From a bacterium (GTDB taxonomy: Bacteria; Patescibacteriota; Minisyncoccia; Phycocordibacterales; UBA5272), in assembly GCA_023267635.1 (NCBI GenBank), contig JAHFMX010000002.1:21307-85306 (forward strand): a DNA stretch of 64,000 bases. Direction: 5' to 3'. Made by a program: the position numbers and the translations under genes. Positions 38,785-49,466 of the stretch are shown in pieces (the stretch's first letter is position 1; each line of letters opens with the position of its first letter). Below the pieces are notes generated by a model, which saw only the letters and a list, made by a program, of their open reading frames with translations, searched no databases and was not told the DNA's origin.

Positions 38785-40926
38785 ATGAAACAAGTTCCAG
38801 AGCAATTAACTAAACCTTTTGATGCAGCTTCTGTAGAAGCCCCTTTATACGAGATGTGGGAGAAGAGCGGATATTTCAATCCAGATAACCTTCCAGGTGA
38901 AAGAAAAGAAGCGTATACAATTGTTTTACCTCCACCTAACGTAACGGGAACACTTCACACAGGACATGCAATCATGCTTGGAATTCAGGACACACTTATG
39001 CGATACAAGCGTATGCAAGGATATAAAGCTTTGTGGCTTCCAGGAACAGACCACGCGGCAATTGCCACACAATCAGTAGTTGAAAAAAAGATTTATAAAG
39101 AAGAAGGAAAATCTCGACATGATATTGGACGTGAAGAGATGCTTGCACGTATTAATGAGTTCGCACTTGAAAGCCAGAAGACAATTCTTGCCCAAACACG
39201 TTCTATGGGAGCTTCCCTTGATTGGTCGCGACTTGCTTTTACGTTGGATGACAAGCGTAACCTTGCAGTACGTACGATGTTCAAGAAAATGTATGATGAT
39301 GGACTTATTTATCGTGGACAACGCATTGTGAACTGGGACCCAAAAGGTCAAACGACTATTAGTGATGATGAAACTGTAGCAGAAGAACGTAAAGGGACCC
39401 TCTATACGTTTAAATACAGCAAGGACTTCCCTATCGCTATTTCTTCAACACGACCTGAAACAAAAGTAGGAGACGTTGCAGTTGCTGTTCACCCTGACGA
39501 TGAACGATATAAAGAATACGTAGGAAAAGAATATTCTATGATGTTTGCTGGGTGCCCTATTACGATCAAAGTGATTGCTGATACTGCTGTTGAGAAAGAC
39601 TTTGGAACAGGAGCTCTTGGGGTAACTCCAGCGCACAGTGCAATTGACTGGGACATTAAAGAACGACACGGGTTACCTTCACGACAAGTTATCAATGAAT
39701 ATGCAAAGATGTTCGGACTTGAGAACGAAGAGCTAAACGGTAAGAAAGTTACAGAAGCACGAGAATATATCGTGGAGTGGCTTCGTACAGAAGGTCTTCT
39801 TACGAGCGAAGAGGAAGTAACACAAAATATTCCAACAGCAGAACGAACTGGTGGCGTTATTGAGCCGTTACCAAAGTTACAGTGGTTCGTTGCAGTACAT
39901 AAGACATTCAATCATTTTGGAAAGGAAACAACACTCAAGAATCTTATGATTCAGGCAGTTGAAAGCAAAGAAACTTCAATCATTCCTGATAGATTCGAAA
40001 AAGTGTACTTCCACTGGATTGAAAACTTGCGTGACTGGTGTATTAGTCGTCAGATCTGGTACGGACACCGAATCCCTGTTTGGTACAAAGGTGATGAAGT
40101 TCACTGCGGAACAGAAGCTCCTACTGGTGAAGGGTGGGTACAAGATGAAGACACGCTTGATACGTGGTTCTCTTCTGGTATGTGGACCTTCTCAACACTT
40201 GGTTGGCCAGAACAAACCAATGACATGAAAATCTACCACCCTACTTCTCTTGTTGAAACAGGTCCAGATATTATTTTCTTTTGGGTTGCTCGTATGATTC
40301 TTTTCTCAACATACGCACTTAATGAAATTCCTTTTAAGCATGTATACCTTCATGGACTTGTTCGAGATGCTCAGGGACGCAAAATGAGTAAGTCATTAGG
40401 AAATGCGCTCGACCCTCGTGAACTTTCACTTAAATACGGAACCGACTCATTACGCATGGCACTTCTTGTGGGCAATGGACCAGGGAATGATCTTAAGCTA
40501 AGCGAAGACAAGATTAAAGCCTACAAGCTTTTCTCAAACAAAATATGGAACGCCTCACGCTTTGTTCTTGATAGAACAGTTGACCTCGAATCCCCTGCTC
40601 CGCTTACAACTGAAGATACAGCACTTTACGATGCATGGAGAGTGGTACAGGCTGATATTACTTCCGATTTAGAGAATTACCGCCTCCATCTTGGATCGGA
40701 GAAAATATATGACTACTTCTGGAAGACTTTTTGTGATCAGATTATTGAAACACATAAGGTTCGTATTGCAGAAGATAAAGACAAAGCGAGTGCTCAAACA
40801 CTTCTCATGAAGCTCCTCCGTGAACAACTTATTGTACTTCATCCATTCATGCCTTTTATTTCAGAGGAACTTTGGAAGTACGTTAAAGATGATGCCGATG
40901 ATCTCTTGATGGTTACACGCTGGTAA
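38785..40926 (+). CDS. valS: Valine--tRNA ligase (lacks C-terminal coiled coil)
   Basis: PPPNVTGTLHTGH, DWCISRQ, DTLDTWFSS, KMSKS. Confidence 0.95.
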   Translation: MKQVPEQLTKPFDAASVEAPLYEMWEKSGYFNPDNLPGERKEAYTIVLPPPNVTGTLHTGHAIMLGIQDTLMRYKRMQGYKALWLPGTDHAAIATQSVVEKKIYKEEGKSRHDIGREEMLARINEFALESQKTILAQTRSMGASLDWSRLAFTLDDKRNLAVRTMFKKMYDDGLIYRGQRIVNWDPKGQTTISDDETVAEERKGTLYTFKYSKDFPIAISSTRPETKVGDVAVAVHPDDERYKEYVGKEYSMMFAGCPITIKVIADTAVEKDFGTGALGVTPAHSAIDWDIKERHGLPSRQVINEYAKMFGLENEELNGKKVTEAREYIVEWLRTEGLLTSEEEVTQNIPTAERTGGVIEPLPKLQWFVAVHKTFNHFGKETTLKNLMIQAVESKETSIIPDRFEKVYFHWIENLRDWCISRQIWYGHRIPVWYKGDEVHCGTEAPTGEGWVQDEDTLDTWFSSGMWTFSTLGWPEQTNDMKIYHPTSLVETGPDIIFFWVARMILFSTYALNEIPFKHVYLHGLVRDAQGRKMSKSLGNALDPRELSLKYGTDSLRMALLVGNGPGNDLKLSEDKIKAYKLFSNKIWNASRFVLDRTVDLESPAPLTTEDTALYDAWRVVQADITSDLENYRLHLGSEKIYDYFWKTFCDQIIETHKVRIAEDKDKASAQTLLMKLLREQLIVLHPFMPFISEELWKYVKDDADDLLMVTRW

Positions 40927-41044
40927 TTTCATTTCTCTTTTCTTGTTGTTTTCTTCTGTGAGTTAGGTCTCTGTGTATAACTTCTCGCACATATTGACAG
41001 CAGTGGTTGTATACTGCACTTATACACCCCTAACAAATTTTATT

Positions 41045-41584
41045 ATGCTTAAAGAAAAGAAATCATTTTTCGAGCGACTTGCTGGCTCGATAAGCGTTGA
41101 TGATGAAGATGAGATTGACTTCATTCCTGAAGAAGATGAGGAGGAAGTTCCAATTAAACACGTAGGAAAAAGAGCTGAAGTTCCTATGCCAAAAAATCGC
41201 CAACATATTGCACATATTGAAGATCATGATGATGACGACGATACAGCAATGGAAGAAGGAGAGCTCTCAGTAGATGTGTACCAAACATCAAACGAAATTA
41301 TTATTGAAGCGATGGTTGCTGGCGTTAAACCAGAAGACCTTCACCTTTCAATAACACGAGACATGGTAACTATTAAGGGTCGCCGAGATGGTAACACTCA
41401 GGTAACGCATGACGATTACTTCTACAAAGAACTCTACTGGGGATCATTCACTCGTACTATCCTCCTTCCACATGAAGTAGAGATTGAAGAAGCAGAAGCT
41501 GTTGAGAAGCATGGACTCCTCATCATCCGTCTTCCAAAACTAGACAAAGCACGACAAGCAAAGCTTAAGGTTAAAAGTATTTAG
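41045..41584 (+). CDS. Hsp20/alpha-crystallin family protein
   Basis: VDVYQT, AGVKPEDL, WGSFTRTILLP, GLLIIRLPK. Confidence 0.9.
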   Translation: MLKEKKSFFERLAGSISVDDEDEIDFIPEEDEEEVPIKHVGKRAEVPMPKNRQHIAHIEDHDDDDDTAMEEGELSVDVYQTSNEIIIEAMVAGVKPEDLHLSITRDMVTIKGRRDGNTQVTHDDYFYKELYWGSFTRTILLPHEVEIEEAEAVEKHGLLIIRLPKLDKARQAKLKVKSI

Positions 41585-41763
41585 TAAGAAATACAAAATC
41601 CGCATCTAAGATGCGGATTTTGTTATTTCATCAACTGTTTGACAATAATTAGTAAAACTATGAGATTAATTGTTTCGATCATTCTATTTTGATTACCTTG
41701 CCCAAAAGGTATTTCAAAATAGAAAATACCCTTAGAGCTGTTTTTAATAAAAAACAAACTATC

Positions 41764-41791
41764 TACTCGGTATTGACTACTTCACTCTTAT
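41764..41791 (-). repeat. 28-bp motif, copy 2 (5' end of candidate sRNA about 41595-41791)
   Basis: Identical to 16680-16707; TTGCAA-16-TATATT upstream. Confidence 0.8.
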
Positions 41792-41976
41792 AAATTAAAT
41801 ATAACAAACCATATCAAAATTGCAATACGGCAGGAACCACTTCGTTTTCGGTCACAAGAGCACTCGCTTCGCTCGAGAAGCTCTCGCGACCCCTATTCGA
41901 TTCCTGACACAAGTGACGCAGGTCACTTGCTCCGAGGACACAAAAAGAAAACCCCTTTCGGGGATTCTTCTTTTTG

Positions 41977-42048
41977 TGTCCTCGGCAGGAATCGAACCCA
42001 CAATAACTCCTTAGGACGGAGCAGTTATATCCATTTAACTACGAGGAC
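41977..42048 (-). tRNA. tRNA-Arg(CCT)
   Basis: GTCCTCG/CGAGGAC stem, GCTCC-GTCCTAA-GGAGT, GGTTCGATT. Confidence 0.88.
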
Positions 42049-42128
42049 CTGTCTGCGTGGCAGGCGTACAGCGATTCTAACACATTTTATCCACTGACGA
42101 ATATATGAAATAAGGTATACTAGAAACT

Positions 42129-42467
42129 ATGTCTGACCCAGATTTAACTAACCAGGAAAAGCTAGAGGAAGTATACCGTCTCACTCTTGAGAACAACCAC
42201 ATTCTTCACAAAATACAGAATCGTGATCGCATAACCATCATCATACGTATTGTGTACTGGCTAGCAATACTTGGAGCTCTTGGAGGAGCATACTACTACG
42301 TTCGCCCCTTTGTGGATTCTATTGCAGCAAGTAATTCACGAGCAGATGGGATTATTCACCAGTTTGAAAATCTCCGTTCACAATTTCCAGAAACGAAAGC
42401 ATTCCAAGAATTCTTCAATCAATTCAAAAATACTAACGAAGCAAGTTCTACGACAGCGCAAGGATAA
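42129..42467 (+). CDS. Single-TM hypothetical protein
   Basis: LTLENN.ILHK + TM. Confidence 0.7.
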   Translation: MSDPDLTNQEKLEEVYRLTLENNHILHKIQNRDRITIIIRIVYWLAILGALGGAYYYVRPFVDSIAASNSRADGIIHQFENLRSQFPETKAFQEFFNQFKNTNEASSTTAQG

Positions 42468-42515
42468 TCGTACTTTTCTAGGTGCTTATTTTATGATAGT
42501 ATGAAAGACATACAT

Positions 42516-42591
42516 GCTTGGATAGCTCAGTTGGTAGAGCGCTTCCCTGAAGAGGAATAGGTCCCCAGTTCGAGCCTGGGTCCAAGCACCA
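42516..42591 (+). tRNA. tRNA-Phe(GAA)
   Basis: GCTTGGA/TCCAAGC, loop CTGAAGA, encoded CCA. Confidence 0.93.
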
Positions 42592-42636
42592 AAAGAAAAA
42601 CACCTACAATTTGTAGGTGTTTTTCTTTACATTCTA

Positions 42637-42897
42637 TTACGCGGCAACCCCGAGAATCTTTGCCATCTGATCTGGATTAAACCCGACCATAACATCATTC
42701 TCTATTTTGATAACTGGCACTCCGAGCTGACCTGTAATTTCCACCATTTCCTTTCGCTTTTCCATGTCTTCTGCAACGTTATAGTCCGTATACGGAATAT
42801 TTTTTGCAGATAGCCACTCCTTTGCCATATGACAAAAGTGACATGTCGGCGTACTGTAAATCTCAATTAATTTATGTTCTTTAGTGTTTGTATCCAT
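42637..42897 (-). CDS. Glutaredoxin-like protein (NrdH/YruB family)
   Basis: YSTPTCHFC, GQLGVPVI, VGF. Confidence 0.9.
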   Translation of the reverse strand: MDTNTKEHKLIEIYSTPTCHFCHMAKEWLSAKNIPYTDYNVAEDMEKRKEMVEITGQLGVPVIKIENDVMVGFNPDQMAKILGVAA

Positions 42898-42920
42898 ATA
42901 AGTTCATTATACACTCCACA

Positions 42921-43313
42921 TTATTCTTTGGCAAAAAGTCCCTGCAAAAATACTTTTACATGCTCCCAGATAGTCATATCTGACTTTACTTCGGCAACAG
43001 AATTCTTATTTTCATCGTAAATAACAATCACACCCTCACCCTCCTTTACTACAGGATACGTAGTTCGAACGTATGTTTCAAATCCTCGCTGAGTGCTTAA
43101 GGCATCATTTTTCTCTTCAGCTCTCTTAACCTTCATTTCTAAATCTTGCCGCTCTGCCAAGGATTCTGCACGGAGTCTACTCACTTCAATACGCTTATTA
43201 TTTAACTCGACAATTGACCGTAACAACAGAACACAGAGAAGGAATAATATAACAATAGTTACTCTTGAATAGAGGATTGACCGCATCTGGTGCTTTTGTT
43301 GATATTCACGCAT
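42921..43313 (-). CDS. Septum formation initiator (FtsB/DivIC-like)
   Basis: TM + coiled coil + VKEGEGVIVI. Confidence 0.7.
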   Translation of the reverse strand: MREYQQKHQMRSILYSRVTIVILFLLCVLLLRSIVELNNKRIEVSRLRAESLAERQDLEMKVKRAEEKNDALSTQRGFETYVRTTYPVVKEGEGVIVIYDENKNSVAEVKSDMTIWEHVKVFLQGLFAKE

Positions 43314-43361
43314 ATATGGGTTAGTATAAGATATACTTTAACATACCTAACATAAAGAACT

Positions 43362-43472
43362 ATGATTTTCACAGGAAAAAACAAGAAATTAGTTACTCGT
43401 ATCTGGGCCTTCATTTCGATTCTCGCAATCATCGGCATGGTAGGATTCTCACTCGTAGCACTTATTGCATAA
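43362..43472 (+). CDS. 36-aa small membrane protein
   Basis: Manual ORF MIFTGKNKKLVTRIWAFISILAIIGMVGFSLVALIA. Confidence 0.5.
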   Translation: MIFTGKNKKLVTRIWAFISILAIIGMVGFSLVALIA

Positions 43473-43511
43473 GTGCAGAAATAAAAAAGCGATGCTGCAA
43501 GCCTCGCTTTT

Positions 43512-45314
43512 TTATTTCTCTGTTGGCTTCATCATATTGAGGAACGTATCGTGAGAAATATGCACTTTTCCTTCACGTTCCATTCTATCCTTTCCGCGCT
43601 TCTGCTTTTCACGTAGTTTCATCTTTCGAGTAATGTCTCCTCCATACATATACCCTGTTACATCTTTCTTCATAGGTGCAATTGAACGAGACGCAACAAT
43701 TTTTCCATGAACATAGGATTGGATCTTTACACGGAATAATTCTCGAGGAAGAATCTTTTCTAGTTTCTCCACCACTTCCTCACTTTCTTCTCTCGCTCTG
43801 TATTCAGGAATAACGCGAGAAAAAGCAGATACTCGTTCTTCAGCAACATACACATCCAAACGTGTTACGTAGGCATCTTTCATTTCCCCCTTTTCATACA
43901 CAATTGAAGCGTATCCACTCGATGCTGACTTTACTTCATTAAAGAAGTTTCGCATAAGCTCACGAAGTGGCATATTAAGCGTTATCTTTACTCGGTCATG
44001 TCCCCAATCAGCAAGATCGGCAACGGTTGCTTCATGTGGTGGGAATAACTGCATTAAAGGACTCACATAATCATGAGGTGTGATGATGGTAAGAATAATC
44101 CAAGGTTCGCGAACCGATGTATACATACCATGGTCTGGAAAGTGAATCGGCGTGTACACCATTTCCACTTCTCCGTTTTTAAGTTTTACTTCATAGGTAA
44201 TAGAAGGCGTTGTAACAACAAGTTCCTGATCGAACTCACGCCGTAAACGTTCGGTCACAATTTCTAAGTGAAGCATTCCGAGGAATCCGCAACGAAATCC
44301 GCGCCCTAGAGCGCCTGACGATTCCTCCTCAAAGGTTAATGATGAATCAGAGAGCTTTAGTTTTGAGAGACTACTTCTAAGATCATCAAACTCATCTTGA
44401 GATTCAGGATAAATAGAAGCAAACACAATTGGCACAGGCTCCGCATATCCTGGGAAGGCCGCAAGCGGTCGAGACGCTGTGGTAACTGTATCTCCAACAC
44501 GTGCGATACCTGGCTCTTTGATGCCTGTCACAATGTACCCAATCTCACCCGCTCCTACCGTATCTGTTGGGCGCTTCTCTGGAGAAAATCTTCCAACCTC
44601 TCGAACAATAAATTTATGATTAGACTGTACGAACAAAAGCGTATCCCCCGCTTTAACACTTCCATCCAAAACACGTGTGTATAAAATAACACCCATGTGA
44701 TTGCTATATTCAAAGTCAAAAATAAGGGCACGAGCTTGATTCCCATCTCTATTCACAAACTCACTCTTTGGTTCTGGTACTCTCTTAATAATCTCCTCAA
44801 TAAGTTCTTGTACACCCTCTCCCGTTTTTCCAGATACTGCTAAAATTTCTGATTCATCGCAGTGAAGCAGTGCAACGATTTCTTCTTTCACATCAGCCAC
44901 ACGAGCAAGTGGACTATCAATTTTAGTTATAACAGGAATAATAGTAAGTCCAGAGTTTTTTGCCATTTCAAGAGTTGTCAGTGTCTGAGCCTGTATGCCT
45001 TGTGTAGAATCAACAAGAAGAAGCGTACCTTCTACCGCTTGAAGTGCGCGTGATACTTCGTACGAAAAATCAATATGCCCAGGAGTGTCGATGAGGTTGA
45101 GGATATACTCCTTACCATCAGAGCTTTTCCACCCCATGCGTACTGGAGTCATTTTAATGGTAATACCACGCTCTCGCTCGAGTTCCATTGAATCAAGGAC
45201 CTGTTCCTTCATGTGGCGCTTATCCACTGTTGAGGTAACCTCAAGAAGTCGATCTGCAAGAGTCGATTTACCATGATCAATATGGGCAATAATAGAGAAA
45301 TTTCGTATATTCAT
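43512..45314 (-). CDS. lepA: Elongation factor 4
   Basis: IRNFSIIAHIDHGKSTLADR, GFRCGFLGMLH, YGGDITRKMKL. Confidence 0.97.
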   Translation of the reverse strand: MNIRNFSIIAHIDHGKSTLADRLLEVTSTVDKRHMKEQVLDSMELERERGITIKMTPVRMGWKSSDGKEYILNLIDTPGHIDFSYEVSRALQAVEGTLLLVDSTQGIQAQTLTTLEMAKNSGLTIIPVITKIDSPLARVADVKEEIVALLHCDESEILAVSGKTGEGVQELIEEIIKRVPEPKSEFVNRDGNQARALIFDFEYSNHMGVILYTRVLDGSVKAGDTLLFVQSNHKFIVREVGRFSPEKRPTDTVGAGEIGYIVTGIKEPGIARVGDTVTTASRPLAAFPGYAEPVPIVFASIYPESQDEFDDLRSSLSKLKLSDSSLTFEEESSGALGRGFRCGFLGMLHLEIVTERLRREFDQELVVTTPSITYEVKLKNGEVEMVYTPIHFPDHGMYTSVREPWIILTIITPHDYVSPLMQLFPPHEATVADLADWGHDRVKITLNMPLRELMRNFFNEVKSASSGYASIVYEKGEMKDAYVTRLDVYVAEERVSAFSRVIPEYRAREESEEVVEKLEKILPRELFRVKIQSYVHGKIVASRSIAPMKKDVTGYMYGGDITRKMKLREKQKRGKDRMEREGKVHISHDTFLNMMKPTEK

Positions 45315-45316
45315 AC

Positions 45317-46612
45317 TTACTGAGAAAGCTTCTTCTTTCTACTATAAAAGAACCCAAGTAGCAAGAGATAGACGACGTTCATGGTCCAAGACGCATACAC
45401 AAGAGAGAATAATCCTTCTCCCATACTTCGTGCAGTGAGCAAGGCAACAACGCCAAGACCTGTAGCTACTACGTTGGCATAGAATAGACCCATAGTATCT
45501 TTGGTCGCACTAAATGCAGTTACGAAATAGAAACTCATAGCATACGCAGGCAAGGTAAAGGCAAGATACTTTACCATAAATGCTATATCAGCAGCACGTG
45601 GAGTATTTCCGTATAAAACATGCACAATTGTATCTCTGAAGAAAATAATAAAGGCAGCAGCAATCACTGCCATTGTAAATATAGTAATGATGTTCGTTTT
45701 TAGTATCTTAGTATAATCTTTATGTTCCCCTCGACTATGTTTATTGGCAAGCAACGGCAATGTTGCTGTAGCGGCACTCTGGACGATAACCTGTATAAAA
45801 GCTTCAATAACTCTTTGTGCAAAAAGATATACGGAGAGAGCTCCAACCCCAAGAGTTGTAGCTATCGCAGCGTACACAAGTTCACGAACTCTGGAAACAA
45901 CAGTGGATAGAGACCGAGGCACCGCAACCCTCATATGCGACATGATATGCGCCCAACTAAACATAGACAACGATAGTTTCATTTTTGCTTCGTATAAAGT
46001 ATATGACTGTATACCAAAGCTAAGAATCGCTCCAACCACCACTCCACACGCAATTCCAATCACTCCATATCGTGGATAAAGAAGTGGAATGGAAGCAATA
46101 ATAGTCAGTGTGTAAATAAGCGGAGCAGTGCTATATAGAATAAACTTATGCTTAACCTGAGCAAGCGATGAAACGAGTGCAGAGAGTCCCAAGAAAAGCG
46201 GCTGAACCATAAGAATCAAGGAAGCAATAACAAAGTAGTGACGCTGGAACTCATCAAAACCAGGAACAACATACGGCGCAACAAACGGAAGAAAAAGGGC
46301 GGTAATGATTGAAACTACAATAAGAGTAAACCCAAAAAAGAAAAACAAAGAGTTAAATTTCTCAACCAAATCTTTTTCATCTTCATGTACTGCTTTAGTA
46401 ATGAAGGGAACAACTGTTTGAGCTGAAACAACAGCGAAGAAAACGCCGTAAAGAAGATCAGGGATTCTAAACGCCGCATTATACACATCAAGCATCGGAC
46501 CAACTCCTACAACCTGTGCAAGAAGACGGTCTCGAAAAATACCTAATATAAGCGAGACTATACTGAAAAAAGCTAGAATTGCAGAGTTTCTAAGAATCAT
46601 ATGATAGAGCAA
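45317..46612 (-). CDS. murJ: Lipid II flippase MurJ (MviN) family
   Basis: LGIFRDRLLA, DVYNAAFRIPD, multi-TM. Confidence 0.85.
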   Translation of the reverse strand: MLYHMILRNSAILAFFSIVSLILGIFRDRLLAQVVGVGPMLDVYNAAFRIPDLLYGVFFAVVSAQTVVPFITKAVHEDEKDLVEKFNSLFFFFGFTLIVVSIITALFLPFVAPYVVPGFDEFQRHYFVIASLILMVQPLFLGLSALVSSLAQVKHKFILYSTAPLIYTLTIIASIPLLYPRYGVIGIACGVVVGAILSFGIQSYTLYEAKMKLSLSMFSWAHIMSHMRVAVPRSLSTVVSRVRELVYAAIATTLGVGALSVYLFAQRVIEAFIQVIVQSAATATLPLLANKHSRGEHKDYTKILKTNIITIFTMAVIAAAFIIFFRDTIVHVLYGNTPRAADIAFMVKYLAFTLPAYAMSFYFVTAFSATKDTMGLFYANVVATGLGVVALLTARSMGEGLFSLVYASWTMNVVYLLLLGFFYSRKKKLSQ

Positions 46613-46659
46613 TTATACCATGAGAAAATACCGCCCTTGTGGGACGGTATTTTCATATA

Positions 46660-46938
46660 TTCTTTGTCTATAAGCCGAATTCTGTGTTTGTGTAGACATG
46701 TATCTAGGATGATAGTCACCTATCACCTCAAGCGACACTCCTTTCGATTACTCAAAAGGCACGGTCTTGCACACACGTATGTATTTAGCCGTTTCAGCCG
46801 AATTAAATCGGATCGTTTCTGTTCGCAACACGGTGGTCACCCACGACGGGCATTACCCGCTACGCTTGTCATGTAAACATGACTATGTGTTCGGACTTTC
46901 CTCACGATATTACTATCGCGCGTCTACCCAACAAAGAA
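46660..46938 (-). ncRNA. rnpB: RNase P RNA (compact, about 280 nt)
   Basis: GAGGAAAGTCCG near 5' end, ACAGAATTCGGCTTAT near 3' end, P1 TTCTTTGT/ACAAAGAA. Confidence 0.9.
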
Positions 46939-46976
46939 CCTACACATACTACAACGAAAGAACCATTCTGTATAGC

Positions 46977-47495
46977 TTATTCCCCCAGCACCACGTTTGT
47001 TCCAAGATACAACCCAAACTTTTCAGCTGAACCAGCTTGGATTTCAAGTACATATTTTGCATCAGGAGAATTAATGAATGTCTGCGGAGGAACTTGATTA
47101 AAATATGACTCTGGCGTTGCGCTGTGTACAACATGTACGACGACACCTTCTTTATTTATCCAAATAATATCAATTGGAAAAAGCATGTCTTTCATCCAGA
47201 ATCCATATTTACCAGACTGTTCAAATACAAAAAGCATAGCTTCATCTTCCTTAAGACCTGTTCTCCCTGAAAGCCCTTGGGCTCGTGAAGCTGGAGTGTC
47301 CACTATTTCTGCATATACCTTTCCTTTTGGAAGATCTATCTCCTTTCCACTTCGTACAACTTTCTCAATCACAGCTAACTTACACACTTTTTGATACCCG
47401 CAGGTGTACCCATACGCAAGAATAGCGAGAGAAAAAAGTACGACAATAATAATTCCTATTTTATTTTTACGATTCATAGTAGTGAGTATCTTCAT
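46977..47495 (-). CDS. DUF192 family protein
   Basis: RAQGLSGR, MLFVF, FWMKDMLFPIDIIW, YVLEI. Confidence 0.9.
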   Translation of the reverse strand: MKILTTMNRKNKIGIIIVVLFSLAILAYGYTCGYQKVCKLAVIEKVVRSGKEIDLPKGKVYAEIVDTPASRAQGLSGRTGLKEDEAMLFVFEQSGKYGFWMKDMLFPIDIIWINKEGVVVHVVHSATPESYFNQVPPQTFINSPDAKYVLEIQAGSAEKFGLYLGTNVVLGE

Positions 47496-47555
47496 GTATG
47501 CAGTATATATAAAAATTGACTGATTACCGTAGGATAATCAGTCAATGTTTATGAG

Positions 47556-49343
47556 TTAGCTTTTTCGTCCAGCTTTTGCACGATCACTTTCAGTAAGTAA
47601 TTGCTTTCGAAGTCGAACTGACTTTGGAGTAACTTCCAAATATTCATCCGCGTTCATGATTTCAAGTCCACGTTCAATTGAAATCTCCCACGCTGGAACA
47701 AGAACGATAGCTTCGTCCGCACCAGAAGAACGCATGTTAGAAAGCGCTTTACCCTTTGTTGGGTTTACCATCATCTCTTCACCTTTTGACGTGTTACCAA
47801 TAACCATACCTTCGTACACTTCTGTTGTAGGAAGAATATAAATCACACCACGATCTTGGAGATTCCAAAGAGAGAACGCGAGTGACTTCCCTGCTGCCAT
47901 AGATGTCATAGAACCAACAAGACGTCGCTGGATTGGACCAGCGTATGGACCAAAACGTAGGTAACGCGCTGAAAGAATTCCAAGACCCTTCGTATCGATA
48001 ACGAATTCTCCACGGTATCCGAGAAGTCCTCGTGTTGGAATCTCTGCCTTGATACGATTCACGCCGTGCTTTTCTGACATGTCAGTAATCATAGCTTTAC
48101 GTCGTCCAAGTTTTTCCATCACTGTTCCAGCTGCTTCAACTGGCACATCAATAACAAGCTCTTCATATGGCTCTTCTTTAACTCCATCTTTTTCATGGAA
48201 AATAACCTGAGGCTGTGACACCTGAAGTTCGTACCCTTCACGACGCATTGTTTCTAGAAGTACGCCGATGTGAAGTTCTCCACGTCCGTACACTAGATAC
48301 TTATCAGTATCAAAATCTACCTTAAGTCCAACGTTAATCTCCAGTTCCTTTTCTAGACGATCACGAATCTGGCGACCTGTTACGAACTTACCTTCCTTTC
48401 CTGCAAATGGAGAATCATTAACAAGGAAGTTAAGAGCAATAGTTGGTTCATCGATGTGAATCGCTTCCATTGGAGTCTGATCAGCATTCTTTACGAATGT
48501 TTCACCAATATAAATATCAGGGAATCCTGCAATCATCACAATGTCTCCAGCCTCTGCCGTTTGTGTGTCCATCTTCTGGATACCGTTGAATGTAAAGATT
48601 TTTGTAATCTTACCTTTACGAGATTCACCTGTTGGCTTCTTAACGATAATTTCTTCACCTACACGAGCAACTCCGTCGTACACGCGACATACCGCCATGC
48701 GTCCAAGGAAGTTATCGTATGCAAGGTTAAACACCTGCCCTACGAAAGGATTGTTGATATCTCCAGTAGCACGTGGAACCTTTTCGATAATAGTATCAAG
48801 AAGTGGTGTGAGATCCTTACGTTCGTCATCGAGTTCCTTCATCGCAACACCTTCGCGCCCAATAGCATACACCGTTGTAAAGTCTAATTGGTCATCTTGT
48901 GCGCCGAGTTCCATAAATAGTTCAAATACTTCGTCGTGAACTTTCTTAGGATCAGCTGCTGGCTTATCGATCTTGTTAATAACAACGATTGGCTTAAGTC
49001 CAAGCTCAAGAGACTTCTTCAATACGAAGCGAGTCTGAGGCATTGGACCTTCCTGGGCATCCACAACAAGAAGCACGCAATCAATTGATCGAAGCACACG
49101 CTCTACTTCACTTCCGAAGTCGGCGTGACCTGGTGTATCGAGGATGTTAATCTTCACTCCCTTGTACGGAACAGACGTATTCTTCGCAGTAATAGTGATA
49201 CCACGTTCTTTTTCCATCGGATTAGAGTCCATTGTTTGTCCGGCAACTCCAACTCCACACTGTTGCATAAGTGCGTCTGTAAGTGTGGTCTTTCCATGGT
49301 CCACGTGAGCGATGATAGCGATATTTCTGATTTCCTGTTGCAT
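47556..49343 (-). CDS. typA: Translational GTPase TypA/BipA
   Basis: IRNIAIIAHVDHGKTTL, DTPGHADFG, GRGELH, YLEVTPKSVRLRK. Confidence 0.97.
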   Translation of the reverse strand: MQQEIRNIAIIAHVDHGKTTLTDALMQQCGVGVAGQTMDSNPMEKERGITITAKNTSVPYKGVKINILDTPGHADFGSEVERVLRSIDCVLLVVDAQEGPMPQTRFVLKKSLELGLKPIVVINKIDKPAADPKKVHDEVFELFMELGAQDDQLDFTTVYAIGREGVAMKELDDERKDLTPLLDTIIEKVPRATGDINNPFVGQVFNLAYDNFLGRMAVCRVYDGVARVGEEIIVKKPTGESRKGKITKIFTFNGIQKMDTQTAEAGDIVMIAGFPDIYIGETFVKNADQTPMEAIHIDEPTIALNFLVNDSPFAGKEGKFVTGRQIRDRLEKELEINVGLKVDFDTDKYLVYGRGELHIGVLLETMRREGYELQVSQPQVIFHEKDGVKEEPYEELVIDVPVEAAGTVMEKLGRRKAMITDMSEKHGVNRIKAEIPTRGLLGYRGEFVIDTKGLGILSARYLRFGPYAGPIQRRLVGSMTSMAAGKSLAFSLWNLQDRGVIYILPTTEVYEGMVIGNTSKGEEMMVNPTKGKALSNMRSSGADEAIVLVPAWEISIERGLEIMNADEYLEVTPKSVRLRKQLLTESDRAKAGRKS

Positions 49344-49466
49344 AAATGATATAAAAATCGGCCTTAAGCCGAAGCGGCTTGCGCCGATTACCTAACTAAT
49401 TGATGTCAAATATAATACCACAAATTAGCCTATTGTGCTAGTCGTCGAATAGGTGTAGTATCTGAA

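Noticed and set aside
38785-40926. Short ValRS as a pseudogene
   Set aside because: Catalytic and anticodon-binding motifs are intact; only the C-terminal coiled coil is missing.
16680-41791. 28-bp repeat as a CRISPR repeat or att pair
   Set aside because: Only two copies 25 kb apart, no cas genes, and the interval includes core genes (secA, murF, valS).
46601-47146. Short ORFs in the track here, and other antisense shadow ORFs (e.g. 6473-7258, 13661-14245, 37576-37809)
   Set aside because: They overlap rnpB or well-supported genes on the opposite strand and have no recognisable motifs.
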